Below, in pieces: positions 11,882-25,074 of a stretch of 64,000 nucleotides of DNA (position 1 is its first letter; the number at the start of each line of letters is the position of its first letter). Below the pieces are notes generated by a model, which saw only the letters and a program-made list of their open reading frames with translations, was not told where the DNA came from and made no database searches. A program made the translations under genes and the position numbers. Origin of the DNA: Octopus bimaculoides (Eukaryota); NCBI RefSeq assembly GCF_001194135.2, contig NC_068991.1:18886804-18950803 (forward strand), given 5' to 3'.

Positions 11882-12395
11882 CTAGGTTGAGGAAAAAGTT
11901 TGTGTGCTGTGTTAAAATAATGATTTTTTTAATGCAAGAATTTATTCAAAAACAACAACAACTGTTCTTCAAAATAAAGTCCATCATTTTCCACGACCTT
12001 CTGCCAATGATCTGCAAGCTTTCGGATTTGGCCAAAGCACCAATTCTTCAGCTTTGAATTGAAAAATTCTTGACAAGCTTCTTCAATTTCATTGAAAGAC
12101 TCAAATCAGTGACCTTTCATAAAGTGTTGAATGGATTGGAAAAGACAGTAGTCAGATGGAGCAATGTCTGGACTATAGGCTGGATGTGGTAGAACTTCCA
12201 CACTGTCCAATTCTTCAATCCTGTTGCTGGTCATTGTCTTGTTGAAACAGCGAGTTTTCGACGAACAAGTCTTGGGTACTTTTCGACAGTGAGTCACCAT
12301 TGAACATGACATGAACTGAATGAACACACACACAACAAAAATATATAAAAAAGCATTATTTTAACACAGAACAAAAACTTTTTCCTCAACCTGAT
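11882..12395 (-). mobile_element. Internally deleted mariner element
   Basis: TIRs aggttgaggaaaaagtttgtgtgctgtgttaaaataatg at both ends. Minus-strand peptide LPHPAYSPDIAPSDYCLF matches the mariner YSPDLAP motif. Confidence 0.85.
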
Positions 12396-12486
12396 ATTAA
12401 TCTATTTCATAATGGACCACCAGGGTTCTTCATTCCATATAAAATTTTGTTAGGTGTGAGGAGATGGCAAAAAGCCACAATATTAA

Positions 12487-12706
12487 CCCTTTTGATACCA
12501 ACTCGCCTGAGACAAACCCTGGTTGTAAGATGCAAACCTTCTCTTTTAAGGTGATCTAAATAGACCTTCCATCAAATTTTTACGCAAATTTATGCTTGAA
12601 TCACTAGATTAATGATAGTAAAGTTATTTTACTAAATTCCACATTATTTTGAAAATTAATTAAAATAAATGCCGTGTATTTCAACAGAAATATGGTAACA
12701 AAGGGG
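12487..12706. mobile_element. piggyBac-type MITE; further partial copies to ~13990 and an inverted copy at ~16500-16717
   Basis: TTAA-cccttttgatacc ... ggtaacaaagggg-TTAA. Confidence 0.7.
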
Positions 12707-12840
12707 TTAAAGTGATCTAAATTAAAACTTCCATTAAAAGTTTGAATTAAATTATGTTCTAATTAGCAGCTAAACAACTAATTACGAAGATGTCTTACTA
12801 AATTCCTTATTATTTTCAATAGAAAAAGTGGCATTGTATT

Positions 12841-13236
12841 TCTCTTTTACTTGTTTCAGTCATTTGACTGTGGCCATGCTGGAGCACCGCCTTTAGTCGA
12901 GAAAATCGACCCCAGGACTTATTCTTTGTAAGCCTGGTACTTATTCTATCAGTCTCTTTTGCCAAACTCCTAAGTTATGGGGACGTAAATACACCAGCAT
13001 CGGTTGTCAAGTGATGTTGGGGGGACAAACACAGATACACAAACATATACACACACATATATATACATATATACGATGGGCTTCTTTCAGTTTCCATCTA
13101 CCAAATCCACTCACAAGGCTTTGGTTGGCCCGAGCCTATAGTAGAAGACACTTGCCCAAGGTGCCATGCAGTGAGACTGAACCTGGAACCATGTGGTTGG
13201 TAAGCAAGTTACTTACCACACAGCCACTCCTACGCC
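12841..13236 (-). mobile_element. SINE A, full length
   Basis: Reverse complement of the family A consensus. Confidence 0.85.
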
Positions 13237-14221
13237 TATTCCAACAGAAATATGATAACAAATGGGTTAAGTGATCCAGATAGATTTCATACCAATTTCA
13301 TGTTTATTTGTACTCCAAACACCATCTTGATAACTAACTACATGGTTGTTTTATAAAATTCCTTATTTTCAATAGAAAATGAGGTAGTGTATTCCAAAAA
13401 GGCATTTTATTTCAAAGACCAATATTGTAACAAATGAGTTAAGGCAATCTAATTCAAAATTTTCCATCAAAATTTTATGTTAACCTTTTAATATTTAAAC
13501 ATGCTATATCCAGCCCAAACATTCCACCTGTGTTATATTCAAACTGGCCAGATCTGGCCTCTCACACCATCCGTACAATATCCTTCTAAAAATTAACAGT
13601 TACCTCATCAAAGTATCAAAGCTACAAGATAATGCAAGATTAATTGAAAAACACATGCAAATAAATAAGTATTATATTTGACAGAATTATGCTTCAAACA
13701 TCAGCTTAACCTTTTAGCATTTAAACTGACCATATCCAAGCCAAAATATTCTACCTGTCTCATGTTCAAACTGAACAGGTCCGGCCTCTCACACCTACCC
13801 AAAAATATCATTCTAACAATATACAGTCATTTCATAGAAATCTCAAAGCCATACATGGAGAGAATAATCTGAATACCAAATTCTTAATAATTTCAAAGTT
13901 ATTTTACTAAATTCTTCATTATTTTCTAAATTAATTGAAGCAAAAGCAGTACATTTCATCAGAAACATGGTTACAAAAACGTTAAAGATGATGCCATACA
14001 AAGGTGGCGAATAGAAGAATAATGGCATCAAATTTTGGCACAAGACCAGAAAGTTTGTGTGAGGGAATAAGTTGATTACATCAACCTCGGTGCTCGACTG
14101 GTGCTTATTGTGAAGAACTTGCAGCTTTAATAAAAGCATATTGCTCTACCTTAAGTATCTGAGTTCTATTTTTTTTCCACCCTGTTTTGCATTTATGCAT
14201 TTACATGTGTGTATAATATAT

Positions 14222-14575
14222 ATTCTTTTATTCTTTTACTTGTTTCAGTCACTTGACTGCAGTCTTCTTGGAGCACCGCCTTTTATTCTTTGTAAGCCAT
14301 TGGTCACTTTTACCGAACTGCTAAGTTACAGGGATGTAATCACACCAACATCGGTTGTCAAGCGATGGTGGAAGAACAAACACAAACACACAAGCACACA
14401 CACACATATATATATATATGACAGGCTTCTTTCAGTTTCCGTCTATCAAATCCACTCACAAGGCTTTGGTTGGCCTGAGGCTATGGAAGAAGATACTTGC
14501 CCAAGGTGTCACTCAATGGGACTGAACCAGGAACCATGTGGTTGGTAAGCAAGCTACTTACCACACAACTGCTAT
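14222..14575 (-). mobile_element. SINE A (internal deletion)
   Basis: Reverse complement of the family A consensus. Confidence 0.8.
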
Positions 14576-14594
14576 CTATCTATCTATCTATCTA

Positions 14595-14631
<37 letters not shown>

Positions 14632-14908
14632 NNNNNNNNNNNNNNNNNNNNNNNNNNNNNNNNNNNNNNNNNNNNNNNNNNNNNNNNNNNNNNNNNNNNN
14701 NNNNNNNNNNNNNNNNNNNNNNNNNNNNNNNNNNNNNNNNNNNNNNNNNNNNNNNNNNNNNNNNNNNNNNNNNNNNNNNNNNNNNNNNNNNNNNNNNNNN
14801 NNNNNNNNNNNNNNNNNNNNNNNNNNNNNNNNNNNNNNNNNNNNNNNNNNNNNNNNNNNNNNNNNNNNNNNNNNNNNNNNNNNNNNNNNNNNNNNNNNNN
14901 NNNNNNNN

Positions 14909-14956
<48 letters not shown>

Positions 14957-15559
14957 TATATAATTGCTGCACATTCTCTCCATCAAATTTTCTCTACATC
15001 TCCACATAAAAGTTTCCTGTCTATATATTCTCTTATTTATACGCTTTATATTTTGTCTCTGATGACGGAATACCCAGTATATGGAAATGTGGACCAACAC
15101 TGTCATAGCGAATTAGTAATAATGGTACACCCCTCCCACATGACAAATGGAATAAGCTAGTCACTATTAGAAAAGAGAGTACATAGCAGGCGGTCAGAGA
15201 TAGTCGTGTCTTTATTGGTTTTACTAAGTATACTGTATACTGAAGTGGGTGTTATATCAATCTAACATTTTAAGGATTGTAACAGTGGTGATGAGGACTT
15301 AAACGACTCAAAAACTTAATAAACTCAGAGGAGTTAATAAACTCACGAAGTTGGTGTAGAAATTTTATGAAAAATCGAAAAAGTGTGGAAAATTTATTGG
15401 TAGGTTTGCTTGAGTTGCAAAAACAGCAACAACAACAGTAGATGCAACTGCAAGAGCAACAAAAGAAGCAGCAACAATAGCAAATAATATTACAGTAACA
15501 AATGCTGCAATTACTGAAGTTGTCAGGAAAGTCAGAAAAAGTGTTCTCACCAGACTATG

Positions 15560-15925
15560 TCACGAATTCAATAACTGAATTCAAATAGAAACCTTACGAA
15601 GGAGATACTGTCAAACCATAGTACAGATGATATGAGCAAATCTTTGAGAAAGAATGTAAAGATTAGGATGACAAGATGAAAATGTGCTTAATCTTGAGAA
15701 AACTGGTTGCAGCAGAACATGAGTGTTACAGCAATTATGTACTCCCAAGAAAACCTTCTGACATAAACTTTAATGACACAATGGATATATTTTTTGTGAA
15801 AATAGCTCATTGTTCAATGCATGTTGGAAGTGTCCGAACATAGAGAAAAACAATGATGAGGACTATATCACATATGCTGGTAGAGTTAATGGAAAGCGAG
15901 AAATTAAAGCTGGATGAATTAGTGC
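15560..15925 (+). mobile_element. Decayed Ty3/Gypsy gag fragment
   Basis: Frameshifted translation includes LILRKL.AAEHE.YSNYVLPRKPSDINFNDT, SSLFNA.WKC.N and DEDYITYAGRVN, typical of invertebrate Gypsy gag. A PBS-like tggtgtagaa occurs near 15353. Confidence 0.7.
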
Positions 15926-16024
15926 CTATGAAATCTCAGCTGAAATAAACTCTTCTCTTGAGCCATGAAATGGTACTTTGTAACTTCAGTTTTTTGTTAT
16001 TCAACGTATTTATCCTCTGTTACC

Positions 16025-16505
16025 ATATTGGTCTCAAATTTTAGCACAAGGCCAGCAAGTTTGGGCAAAGTGGGTAACTTGATTACATCAACTCCAGTGC
16101 TCAACTGGTATTTATTTTATTGACCTTGATGATGATGATAATGATGAAGAGGAGAAGGTAGAAGAGGAGGAGGAGGGGGTAGGGAGGCAGGGTGGAGAGG
16201 AGGAAGGGGAGGTAGGGTGGAGAGGAGGTAGGGAGGCAGGGTGGAGAGGAGGTAGGGAGGAGAGGAGATAGGGAAGTAGAGTGGAGAGGAAGTAGGAGGT
16301 AGGGTGGAGAGGAGGGTAGGAGGAGGAGAGGTAGGAGTAGGAGAGGGTGGAGGGGGAGGAAGGAGGATGAGAATGAAGAGGGGAGGTTGATGAGAATGGA
16401 AGACAAAGTTGACCCTGGCAGTATTTGGAACTCAGAACATGAAGATGAACAAAATGCCTCTAAACATTTTGCTTGTTCTGGTAATGATTCTACAGCTTGC
16501 TGGCT
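16025..16505 (-). mobile_element. Decayed SINE D split by a ~275-nt polypurine (GGA/GAG) tract
   Basis: D halves at 16025-16125 and 16395-16505 flank gaggag/gggtag repeats. Confidence 0.65.
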
Positions 16506-17699
16506 TGTCCTTTTTACTATCATATTTCTGTTGAAGTATGCTAACTTTGTTTCATTTAATTCTTAAAATAGTGAAGATTTTAGTAAAATAATTTCGTCAA
16601 TGTTAAGCTGGTTGTTGGAACAAATTCACATAAAAATTTTGATGGATGATTTCAATTTAGATCACTTTGAAACAAAAAGAACTAGCGGTAGTCTCAGGCA
16701 GGTTGGTATCGAAAGGGTTAAACTAAACACACTCACTCCAGCATGCTTATTTGACAACATGGATCTGCTGAAAGCAAACCGGTGTGAAATTATATATGGC
16801 CTATTTGCTTGTCAACAAGTCTTGCATATTCGTTTCCTCTGACTTCTAAGGCATCTTGGCAGCTATTTGAAGATACAGTTAATAACATATGCTTGGACTA
16901 GACACCATCATGACTCATGAACAAAAATAGATACAGGTTCCCAAGAGAGAGAAAAAACTCTCATTAGGAAAATTAAAAGAGTTAACACACACAAAAAATC
17001 AATCAGCTAAATTAATACTATCAGCAATCAACAGCGATAACAATTTTCAAACCACTTCTCTTCATTATTGATGTAATTGACATCACAGATGTCATCAATT
17101 AGTTGAAGCAATCTAACCTTACAGATGAGTCTAAGCTTTAAGTTATCAATGGAATTGGTAACTCAAAAAACTTTTTTCCAATTTGATCTGTGTCATGCTT
17201 CAAAAAGTGGAAAAAAAAAAAGAAAAAAAAATTTTGTAAAGCAAATAAAAATTTGAGTTCATTCACTAAGGGAAAGAAGACATTTAAAACCGTCATGTCC
17301 CCTTCTCTCAGGAGAACTTCTAATGGTGATAAATGATATCAAAGACCTATGGTTAACAACAACCTAAGTTAAGAGTACCCACATCAAAAATAAGGAGAAC
17401 ATGGCTCTTGGTTATTTAGAACATTTCAGAACATGGGATATAGAAGTAGCTTCGCTTTTAACTGTTTTGATGTTGACTCAGCTGAAATTACCTCTAGATC
17501 TATGAAACAAAACCATGCTATTTTAAAATGTTTATATTTAAAGCAAGACTATCCTAAAGACCTGTTGTCATGTTCTCTTCAGCATCATAACTACCTTCAT
17601 GATTGTTTTTTACATCAATTTTTTTTCCATGTTAACATGGGTCAGACGGAGGTTCTTGAGGTATTCAGGTTTTGGATGCTCTTCCCGATGTCAAAGCAT

Positions 17700-18070
17700 T
17701 TGCTCCATGCTGGAGCACCGCCTTTAGTCGAGCAAATCAACCCCAGGACTTATTCTTTGTAAGCCTAGTGCTTATTCTATCAGTCTCTCTTGCTGAACCG
17801 CTAAGTGACAGGGACATAAACACACCAGCATCAGTTGTCAAGCGATGTTGGGGGGACAAACACAGACACACAAACATATACACACACATACATATATATG
17901 CATATATACGACGAGCTTCTTTCAGTTTCTGTCTACCAAATCCACTCACAAGGCTTTGGTCGGCCTGAGGCTATAAGTAGAAGACACTTGCCCAAGCTGC
18001 CATGCAGTGAGACTGAATCCAGAACCATGTGGTTGGTAAGCAAGCTACTTACCACACAGCCACTCCTGTG
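17700..18070 (-). mobile_element. SINE A
   Basis: Reverse complement of the family A consensus. Confidence 0.85.
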
Positions 18071-18079
18071 ACCCATTGG

Positions 18080-18780
18080 GATCTGAACTCAGAACATAGT
18101 GTGTTGGAACAAATACTGCAAAGCATTTTTTCTGATGCTCTAATGATTGTGTCAGCTCACTGCCTCATAATTGTTCGAAAGTTTTTCGCATAAGTCCAGC
18201 AGCTTCAACAGGAGTGGGTAAGTCTTTGAATGGTACTTTAGTTTATCGACTCCAAAGAAAGGATGAAAAGCAAAATTAACCTTGGCAGGATTTGAACTCT
18301 GAATGTAAAGAGCCAGAAAAAAATGCTGCTAAGTATTTGATCCAATTAAGTGAGTTTGTCAACTTAACAACAACAACAATAATAATAATTCCTTTTTTAC
18401 TCTAGGCACAAGGCCTGAAATTTTGTGGGGAGGGGGCCAGTCGATTAGATTGACTCCAGTATGCAACTTGTACTTAATATATCAACCCCGAAAGGATGAA
18501 AGGCAATGTTGACCTGGGCAGAATTTGAACTCAGAACGTAAAGACAGCCGAAATACCGCTAAGCATTTCACCCAACGTGTTTACGTTTTTGCCAGCTCCC
18601 AGCCTTAACAACAATAATAATGATAATAACCCTTTCTATTATGAGCACAAGGCTTAAAATTTTGAGGGAATAGGCTAGTCAAGTACATCAACACCAATCT
18701 CCAATTGACATTCTTTTTATAGACCCCCAAAAAGACGAAAGGCAAAGTTGACCTCAGCAGAATTTGAATTCAGAACAACT
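18080..18780 (-). mobile_element. Head-to-tail cluster of ~4 SINE D copies joined by (AAT/AAC)n
   Basis: Repeated aaaggatgaaaggcaaagttgacct...gaatttgaactcagaac. Confidence 0.8.
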
Positions 18781-19087
18781 ATAATAATAATGGTAACAAC
18801 AACAACATTAGCAACCAGTTGTTTTTGTTAATATCTAACCATATCCTCCATGAATCACAAGTCACCGTCTTAAAGCAAGAACACTTAATAAACACTCCAT
18901 GACTTGGAAGAAAACGTAATAATCAGGCCTGGAATGACTTCGACAATAAGTCTACCCAATTTGGCTGTCCTGGTGTTAAACGACAACAACAACAACAAAA
19001 ATAGCATCAACAAGAATGTAAAGGAACTAATGGAGACCTTCGATGGCAAATACTTTGGTTTGCTTTATTGCTAATTTACCTTCATAA

Positions 19088-19492
19088 TATAGTTGCCAGT
19101 GCCCCTGGACTGGCTCTTGTGCGGGTGGCACATGAGATGCACCATTTTTGAGCGTGGCCGTTGCCAGTACCGCCTGACTGGCTCCCGTAGGATTTTCGAG
19201 CGAGATCGTTGCCAGTGCCCCTGGACTGGCTTGTGCGGGTGGCACATAAAAGACACCATTTCGAGCGTGGCCATTGCCAGTATCGCCTGACTGGCCTTCG
19301 TGCAGGTGACACGTAAAAGCACCTACTACACTCTCTGAGTGGTTGGCGTTAGGAAGGGCATCCAGCTGTAGAAACTCTGCCAAGTTTAGATTGGAGCCTG
19401 GTGTTGCCATCCGGTTTCACCAGTCCTCAGTCAAGTCGTCCAACCCATGCTAGCATGGAAAGCGGACGTTAAACGATGATGATGATGATGAT
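19088..19492 (+). mobile_element. Retroposon 3' part with RTE-like (GAT)n tail (family E) and internal subrepeats
   Basis: ggaagggcatccagctgtagaaac...catgctagcatggaaagcggacgttaaacgatgatgatg; reverse copy at ~21672-21900. Confidence 0.7.
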
Positions 19493-19519
19493 AGTATTCT
19501 GTCCCTATAAATTGACACT

Positions 19520-20516
19520 GTTTCCACAGTTCAGTGGTTAGTAAAATAAAAGGCAATTGTCCCTAGGGCTTCCCTTTCACAGTTTGATGGTTAGCAGGCC
19601 AGCCATTCCTAAAGGTTAGTAGGATATCCATTCTTAGTAGCGTTTCCATTCCTTGAAGGGTATCCATTCCCAGGAGGGCTGCAGCCTGTAAAAGTAACAT
19701 TTCCCTTTCTCATTTCAGTGCATAGTAGGGCAGTGATCCCTAAACCCACCATTCTTCCATCACAGTTCAGTGGTTAGTAAAATATTGGTCCCTAAACCCA
19801 AAACCCACTCTTCACAGTTCAGTGTTTAGTAGGGTGTTGATCTGTAAACCCAACACTCTCCCTTCATAATTCAGTGATTAGTTGGGTACTGATCCCTAAA
19901 CCCATTACAGTTCAGTAGTTTTTAAGGTACCACTCCCTAAATCTAACACTTCTCCTTCACAGTTCAGTTCTTATGAAGTACCGATTCCTGAATTCAAAAC
20001 AGTTCAGTGCTTAGTAGGCTACTGACCCCTAAATCTAACACTTTCTGTTCACAGGTAAGTGGTTAGTGGGTTACCAGTCCCTGAATCCATCACCTTTCCT
20101 TCACAGTTCAGTGGTCCATAGAGTGTCTGTTAGTCCCCTCAACCTAACACTGTCTTTTCACAGTTTAGGGGTTAATTAGGTATTGATCCCTACATCCGAC
20201 ATTTGGTTAGTAGGGTACTGATCCTGAAAACCAACACTATCCCATTACAGTTCAGTAGTTTTTAAGGTACCAGACCCTAAAAGTAACATTTCTCCCTCAC
20301 AGTTCAGTGGTGACTAGATACTGATCCCTAAATTGAAACCTGTCCGTTTACAGTTCAGTGGTGACTAAATACTGATCCCTAAATTCAAACCTGTCCCTTT
20401 ACAGTTCAGTGGTGACTAAAATACTGATCCCTAAATTCAAACCTGTCCCTTTACAGTTCAGTGGTTAGTAGCATAGAATCCTTAAACCCACCACTTTCCG
20501 TTCACAGTTCAGTGGA
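19520..20516. repeat. ~51-bp minisatellite, ~18-19 units
   Basis: Unit ~cacagttcagtggttagtagggtactgatccctaaacccaacactttccctt; starts at 20299/20350/20401/20453/20504. Confidence 0.9.
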
Positions 20517-21061
20517 TAATGACAAAAAGGACACCACCTCCATAGAACTCAAGTAATACAGGTGTGAATGTATCATATTTGCATATTAGCATAAATAAAA
20601 GAAATAATACATATTCAATTATGAAAATTTGCATAATTTATGAAAACATTTGAACTTGCTGAGTTGTTAATGCCAGCTGAGACATAGATTTAATATAATA
20701 CGATAAACATGTGTTTCCTTCAATTATATATAATTGCCTCTGTGTGAATGTATGTATGTATGTATGTATGTGTGTGTGTGTATGCATGTATATATGTATG
20801 TACATACGTATGTATGTATATATGTATGTATCTAACTATCCCACCCTCTCACTCTCTCTCTCTCTCTCTGTAAATATTTATATATATGTATACATATACA
20901 CATACACCTATAAATATTGATCTATACATGTATACATATGCACACATACATACATTATCATCATCATCATTTAATGTCCGTTTTCCATGCTGATACGCAC
21001 ACATGCAAATATATATCTACAGGAGGGTATGTCTATGTATATATGTCTATATGTATATGTC

Positions 21062-21149
<88 letters not shown>

Positions 21150-21354
21150 TACATCTATATACATATATACATATATATATATATACATCTATATACATAT
21201 AGACATATATATATATATATGTATATATATATATCAATTTCCATATATATGTCTAGACACACACGCACACACCACAAACACTCACACATGCACACACACA
21301 TATGTAAATGGATGGCTGTGTGCCTGTGTATATATATGTGTGTATTCACAAACT

Positions 21355-21418
<64 letters not shown>

Positions 21419-21671
21419 TGCATATATTTGTGTGTGCAGTCAGGTGTTACAAAGAAGACTGAAGAGTTACAATGGAAGGAATAAGCTGAATTATTCATTC
21501 CTTCGTTTCAAAGTAAGAATTGATAATGGGACATTTTCGGCTTTGCGTGAATGGCTATGTTAATATGTCCATAGATGGGCATACAAACATACTTAAACAT
21601 TTATCTGTCTGTCTGTACATCTATTAATACATCTATCAATTTTTCAAAAAAAATTATATGTATATCATCAT

Positions 21672-21900
21672 CATCATCATCAACAACATCATTTAATGTC
21701 CACTTTCCATGCTGGGATGGAGTAGACGCTTTGACAAGAACTGGTCAGGCAGAAGACTGCACCAGACTTCTGTGTCTGTTTTGGATATGGTTTTTACAGC
21801 TGGGTGCCCTTCCAAACACCAACCAGTATACAGTATGGGCTGGAGGCTTTTTTTACGTGGCACGGGCTTTGGCAAGGTCACCAAGCAGCTTGCAATACAA
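21672..21900 (-). mobile_element. Family E (RTE-tailed) retroposon, decayed
   Basis: (CAT)n-ttaatgtccactttccatgctgg...acagctgggtgcccttcc. Confidence 0.6.
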
Positions 21901-22154
21901 ATATCCTTTGAGAGGGGAGGGGAGGAATTGGTGGAGGTGATCTTGTGCCAGACGATGAAAGGTTCGTGTGTGACAAAGAGACACACTCCTTGTTTCCTGT
22001 TGTCACTCACTTCTAGTCACATTGTGTCTTAAGAGTTTATTCTGACACTTCGTCAACATTATTTTATCTCTTTCCAGTTCTATTCCAGTCACTCATACCC
22101 TCAAATCTGTAATGTCAGTCTTTAATAAGAACCAGTCACACAGTAAAGTTATGT

Positions 22155-22537
22155 GTGTTGGTACTCCGTCGCTTACGACGTCGAGGGTTCCAGTTGATCC
22201 GATCAACGGAACAGACTGCTCGTGAAATTAACGTGCAAGTGACTGAGCACTCCACAGACATGTGTACCCTTAACGTAGTTCTCGGGGATATTCAGCGTGA
22301 CACAGTGTGACAAGGCTGACCCTTTGAATTACACGCACAACAGAAACAGGAAGTAAGAGTGAGAGAAAGTTGTGGTGAAAGAGTACAGCAGGGTTCGCCA
22401 CCATGCCCTGCCGGAGCTTCGTGGAGCTTTAGGTGTTTTTGCTCAATAAACACAAACAACGCCTAGTAAGGGAATCGAATCCGCGATCCTATGACCGTGA
22501 GTCTGCTGCCCTAACTACTGAGCCATTGCGCCTCCAC
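22155..22537 (-). mobile_element. SINE B, full length
   Basis: Reverse complement of 7281-7668. Confidence 0.85.
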
Positions 22538-22859
22538 AGCCAAATGGATAGACCCTGAAGGAGCTGCACCGAAAATTGTGCCAAGTTGGATCTGCAACTG
22601 CCCGTAATCTGTGCAGTGGAAACACGTGTATGTCATAAAGACCATAAAAATATGCTGTACAAAAGTATAAAATAAGAGGAAATGAATTTTGAGGACGACC
22701 AAGTCTCCATGTTCTATATCGTAGTAATTATTGCTAATATATACTCCAGACAATATTACCGTCGTCCAGTGAAGCGAACACGGAATTACCCATTCGAGGA
22801 ATTTACAGAGTGACTGACAACTAATAGTAGTCATAGACATTAAATACTGATCGATGCGG

Positions 22860-22936
<77 letters not shown>

Positions 22937-22940
<4 letters not shown>

Positions 22941-23232
22941 GGCGCAAGGCTCAGTGGTTAGAGCGTCGAACTTACGATCGTGAGGCTGTGAGCTCGATTC
23001 CCGGACCGGGCTGCGTGTTGTGTTCTTGAGCAAGACACTTTATTTCACGTTGCTCCAGTTCACTCAGCTGTAGAAATGAGTTGTGACGTCACTGGTGCCA
23101 AGCTGTATCGGCCCCTTTACCGTTCCCTTGGATATCATCAGTGGCGTGGAGAGGGAACTGCTGGCCTTCCACAAACAACCTTGCCAGAACTTGTGCCTCG
23201 GAAGGCAACTTTCTAAGTGCAATCCCATGGTC
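22937..23232 (+). mobile_element. tRNA-SINE C2
   Basis: ggcgcaaggctcagtggttagagcg (A box), gctcgattcccg (B box), CORE-like gttcttgagcaagacac. Confidence 0.8.
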
Positions 23233-23589
23233 ATATATATGTGCACATGTGCATCAAAAACTNNNNNNNNNNNNNNNNNNNNNNNNNNNNNNNNNNNNNN
23301 NNNNNNNNNNNNNNNNNNNNNNNNNNNNNNNNNNNNNNNNNNNNNNNNNNNNNNNNNNNNNNNNNNNNNNNNNNNNNNNNNNNNNNNNNNNNNNNNNNNN
23401 NNNNNNNNNNNNNNNNNNNNNNNNNNNNNNNNNNNNNNNNNNNNNNNNNNNNNNNNNNNNNNNNNNNNNNNNNNNNNNNNNNNNNNNCACATACATACGT
23501 ACACACACGTTCTGTTATTACACACACACACACACACACGGATCCACGCTCACATACTTACCTCCCTCTTGCACTCTCCTGTCTTAGAA

Positions 23590-23830
23590 AGAACTTTTCT
23601 TCCACCCTTTCTCTTCCGGTCCTTCCACAATGTAACCTCGTGGATATCGGTGGCGATTTTTGTTTCTTCCTCCGTTTTTCCCTTCTTTGGACTTTCTTTG
23701 TTTCCGACGAAGAGCTCCGCTCGAAACGTCATATTCTCTTTCTTTCCTTTCCCGAGCGTCTAGTAACACAATCTGTATCACGTCCTCACGTTGTTGTTTT
23801 TTGTTGTTGTTTTTTTGTCTTTTTCCTTTT
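23590..23830 (+). mobile_element. Penelope pLTR-like repeat with degenerate minimal hammerhead (23704-23730)
   Basis: ccgacga-a-gagc tcc gctc-gaaa-cgtc; shares ttcccgagcgt downstream with the 62585-62770 copy. Confidence 0.5.
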
Positions 23831-25074
23831 TTGAACTTATATATATATATTGCTGCGATAAATTATGAGGATTTGGCAAGATCCGGTGTGAGTTTGCGTT
23901 TGCATGTGGGTGTTTTTGAACATATCTTTATATATATGTGTGTAAAATCTGACATCATTTTTCCTGTTATTATTAGCTCGTTGCCAGTTTATGGTTTCAA
24001 CTATTTAGAGAGTGTGTGGCACATGCGTTTGTCACGATAAAATTTGAGATGTTGAGTGTGTTGTTCTATTCCAATCTCAAGTCAGAGTTGAGACGTCTGG
24101 GAACCCACATGACGTGCATCTGCAATAATGAAATGACGTCACTTCCGTAGTTTCCCCTCTCGTGGGAGTACGGTGCGAAAGGTATAGTATAGGTGAGAGA
24201 ATTCATGTTTATTCGCTTTGACATGAAGTTTATTGTAGATTATACACTATTAAACTTTACTAGCTTGGCGTTGAATGCTCTTTTCTGTCGTCTGTTACGC
24301 GTGTCGGTCACATATTTGTTACACACAAGCTTCTATATCAAGATTAGGCCTTGAAAATCTAATCAGCAATTGGATGTATATCACTTATATTACTTAACTA
24401 ATAAATCTTAATTCCACCCATTGGCTTCTACACCAGACATATTCTAGAGAAGATGGACGATCTTTTCAAACGCACGAGATGGAAAGCATATTTATGGGAC
24501 TTAGCCAGCGTTGAATCTAATACATACTACTAAGACAGAAAAGCAACTGCTTCTCCCCAAACACCAATCATCTGAATAACTTGGAACAACTTGGAATCAG
24601 AATCCTTAGGCATAATACTCAAGCACAAATTCCGTAAGTTTTCTTACCTTTTCCAATGTAAACATTTCACAAATACTCAGAACTTAGATTATTAAAAAAT
24701 CTTTGTATTTTTCGAATAAGCAAAAAATTATATAAAGTAAATAAGATTCTACGTAGACAACTACTGACCAATAATATAGCTTGTAATGACAAGAAGGTTA
24801 GCTCACAGACGTGGAAACATTGACTGAGAGAAGCTGAGGCAATAGCAGTAATACTTAAAATTGACGATAGAGGTATTAGCTAAACTACAAGCGTTCTATC
24901 ACTATTAAATACCATGAAAGTGACTGAATACAATCTGAAATGCTAGCTAATTGACACTACTAAATTTTAAATCGGGTTAACCAACGTAAAAACCGTTGCG
25001 TAAGTTCAACCACAAAATTAGAACAGCCATCACTAATAAACACAATGCCAAATTCACACAATTTGATATAATGT

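Noticed and set aside
19520-20516. CRISPR-like array
   Set aside because: No unique spacers and no cas genes; whole units are repeated and the context is eukaryotic.
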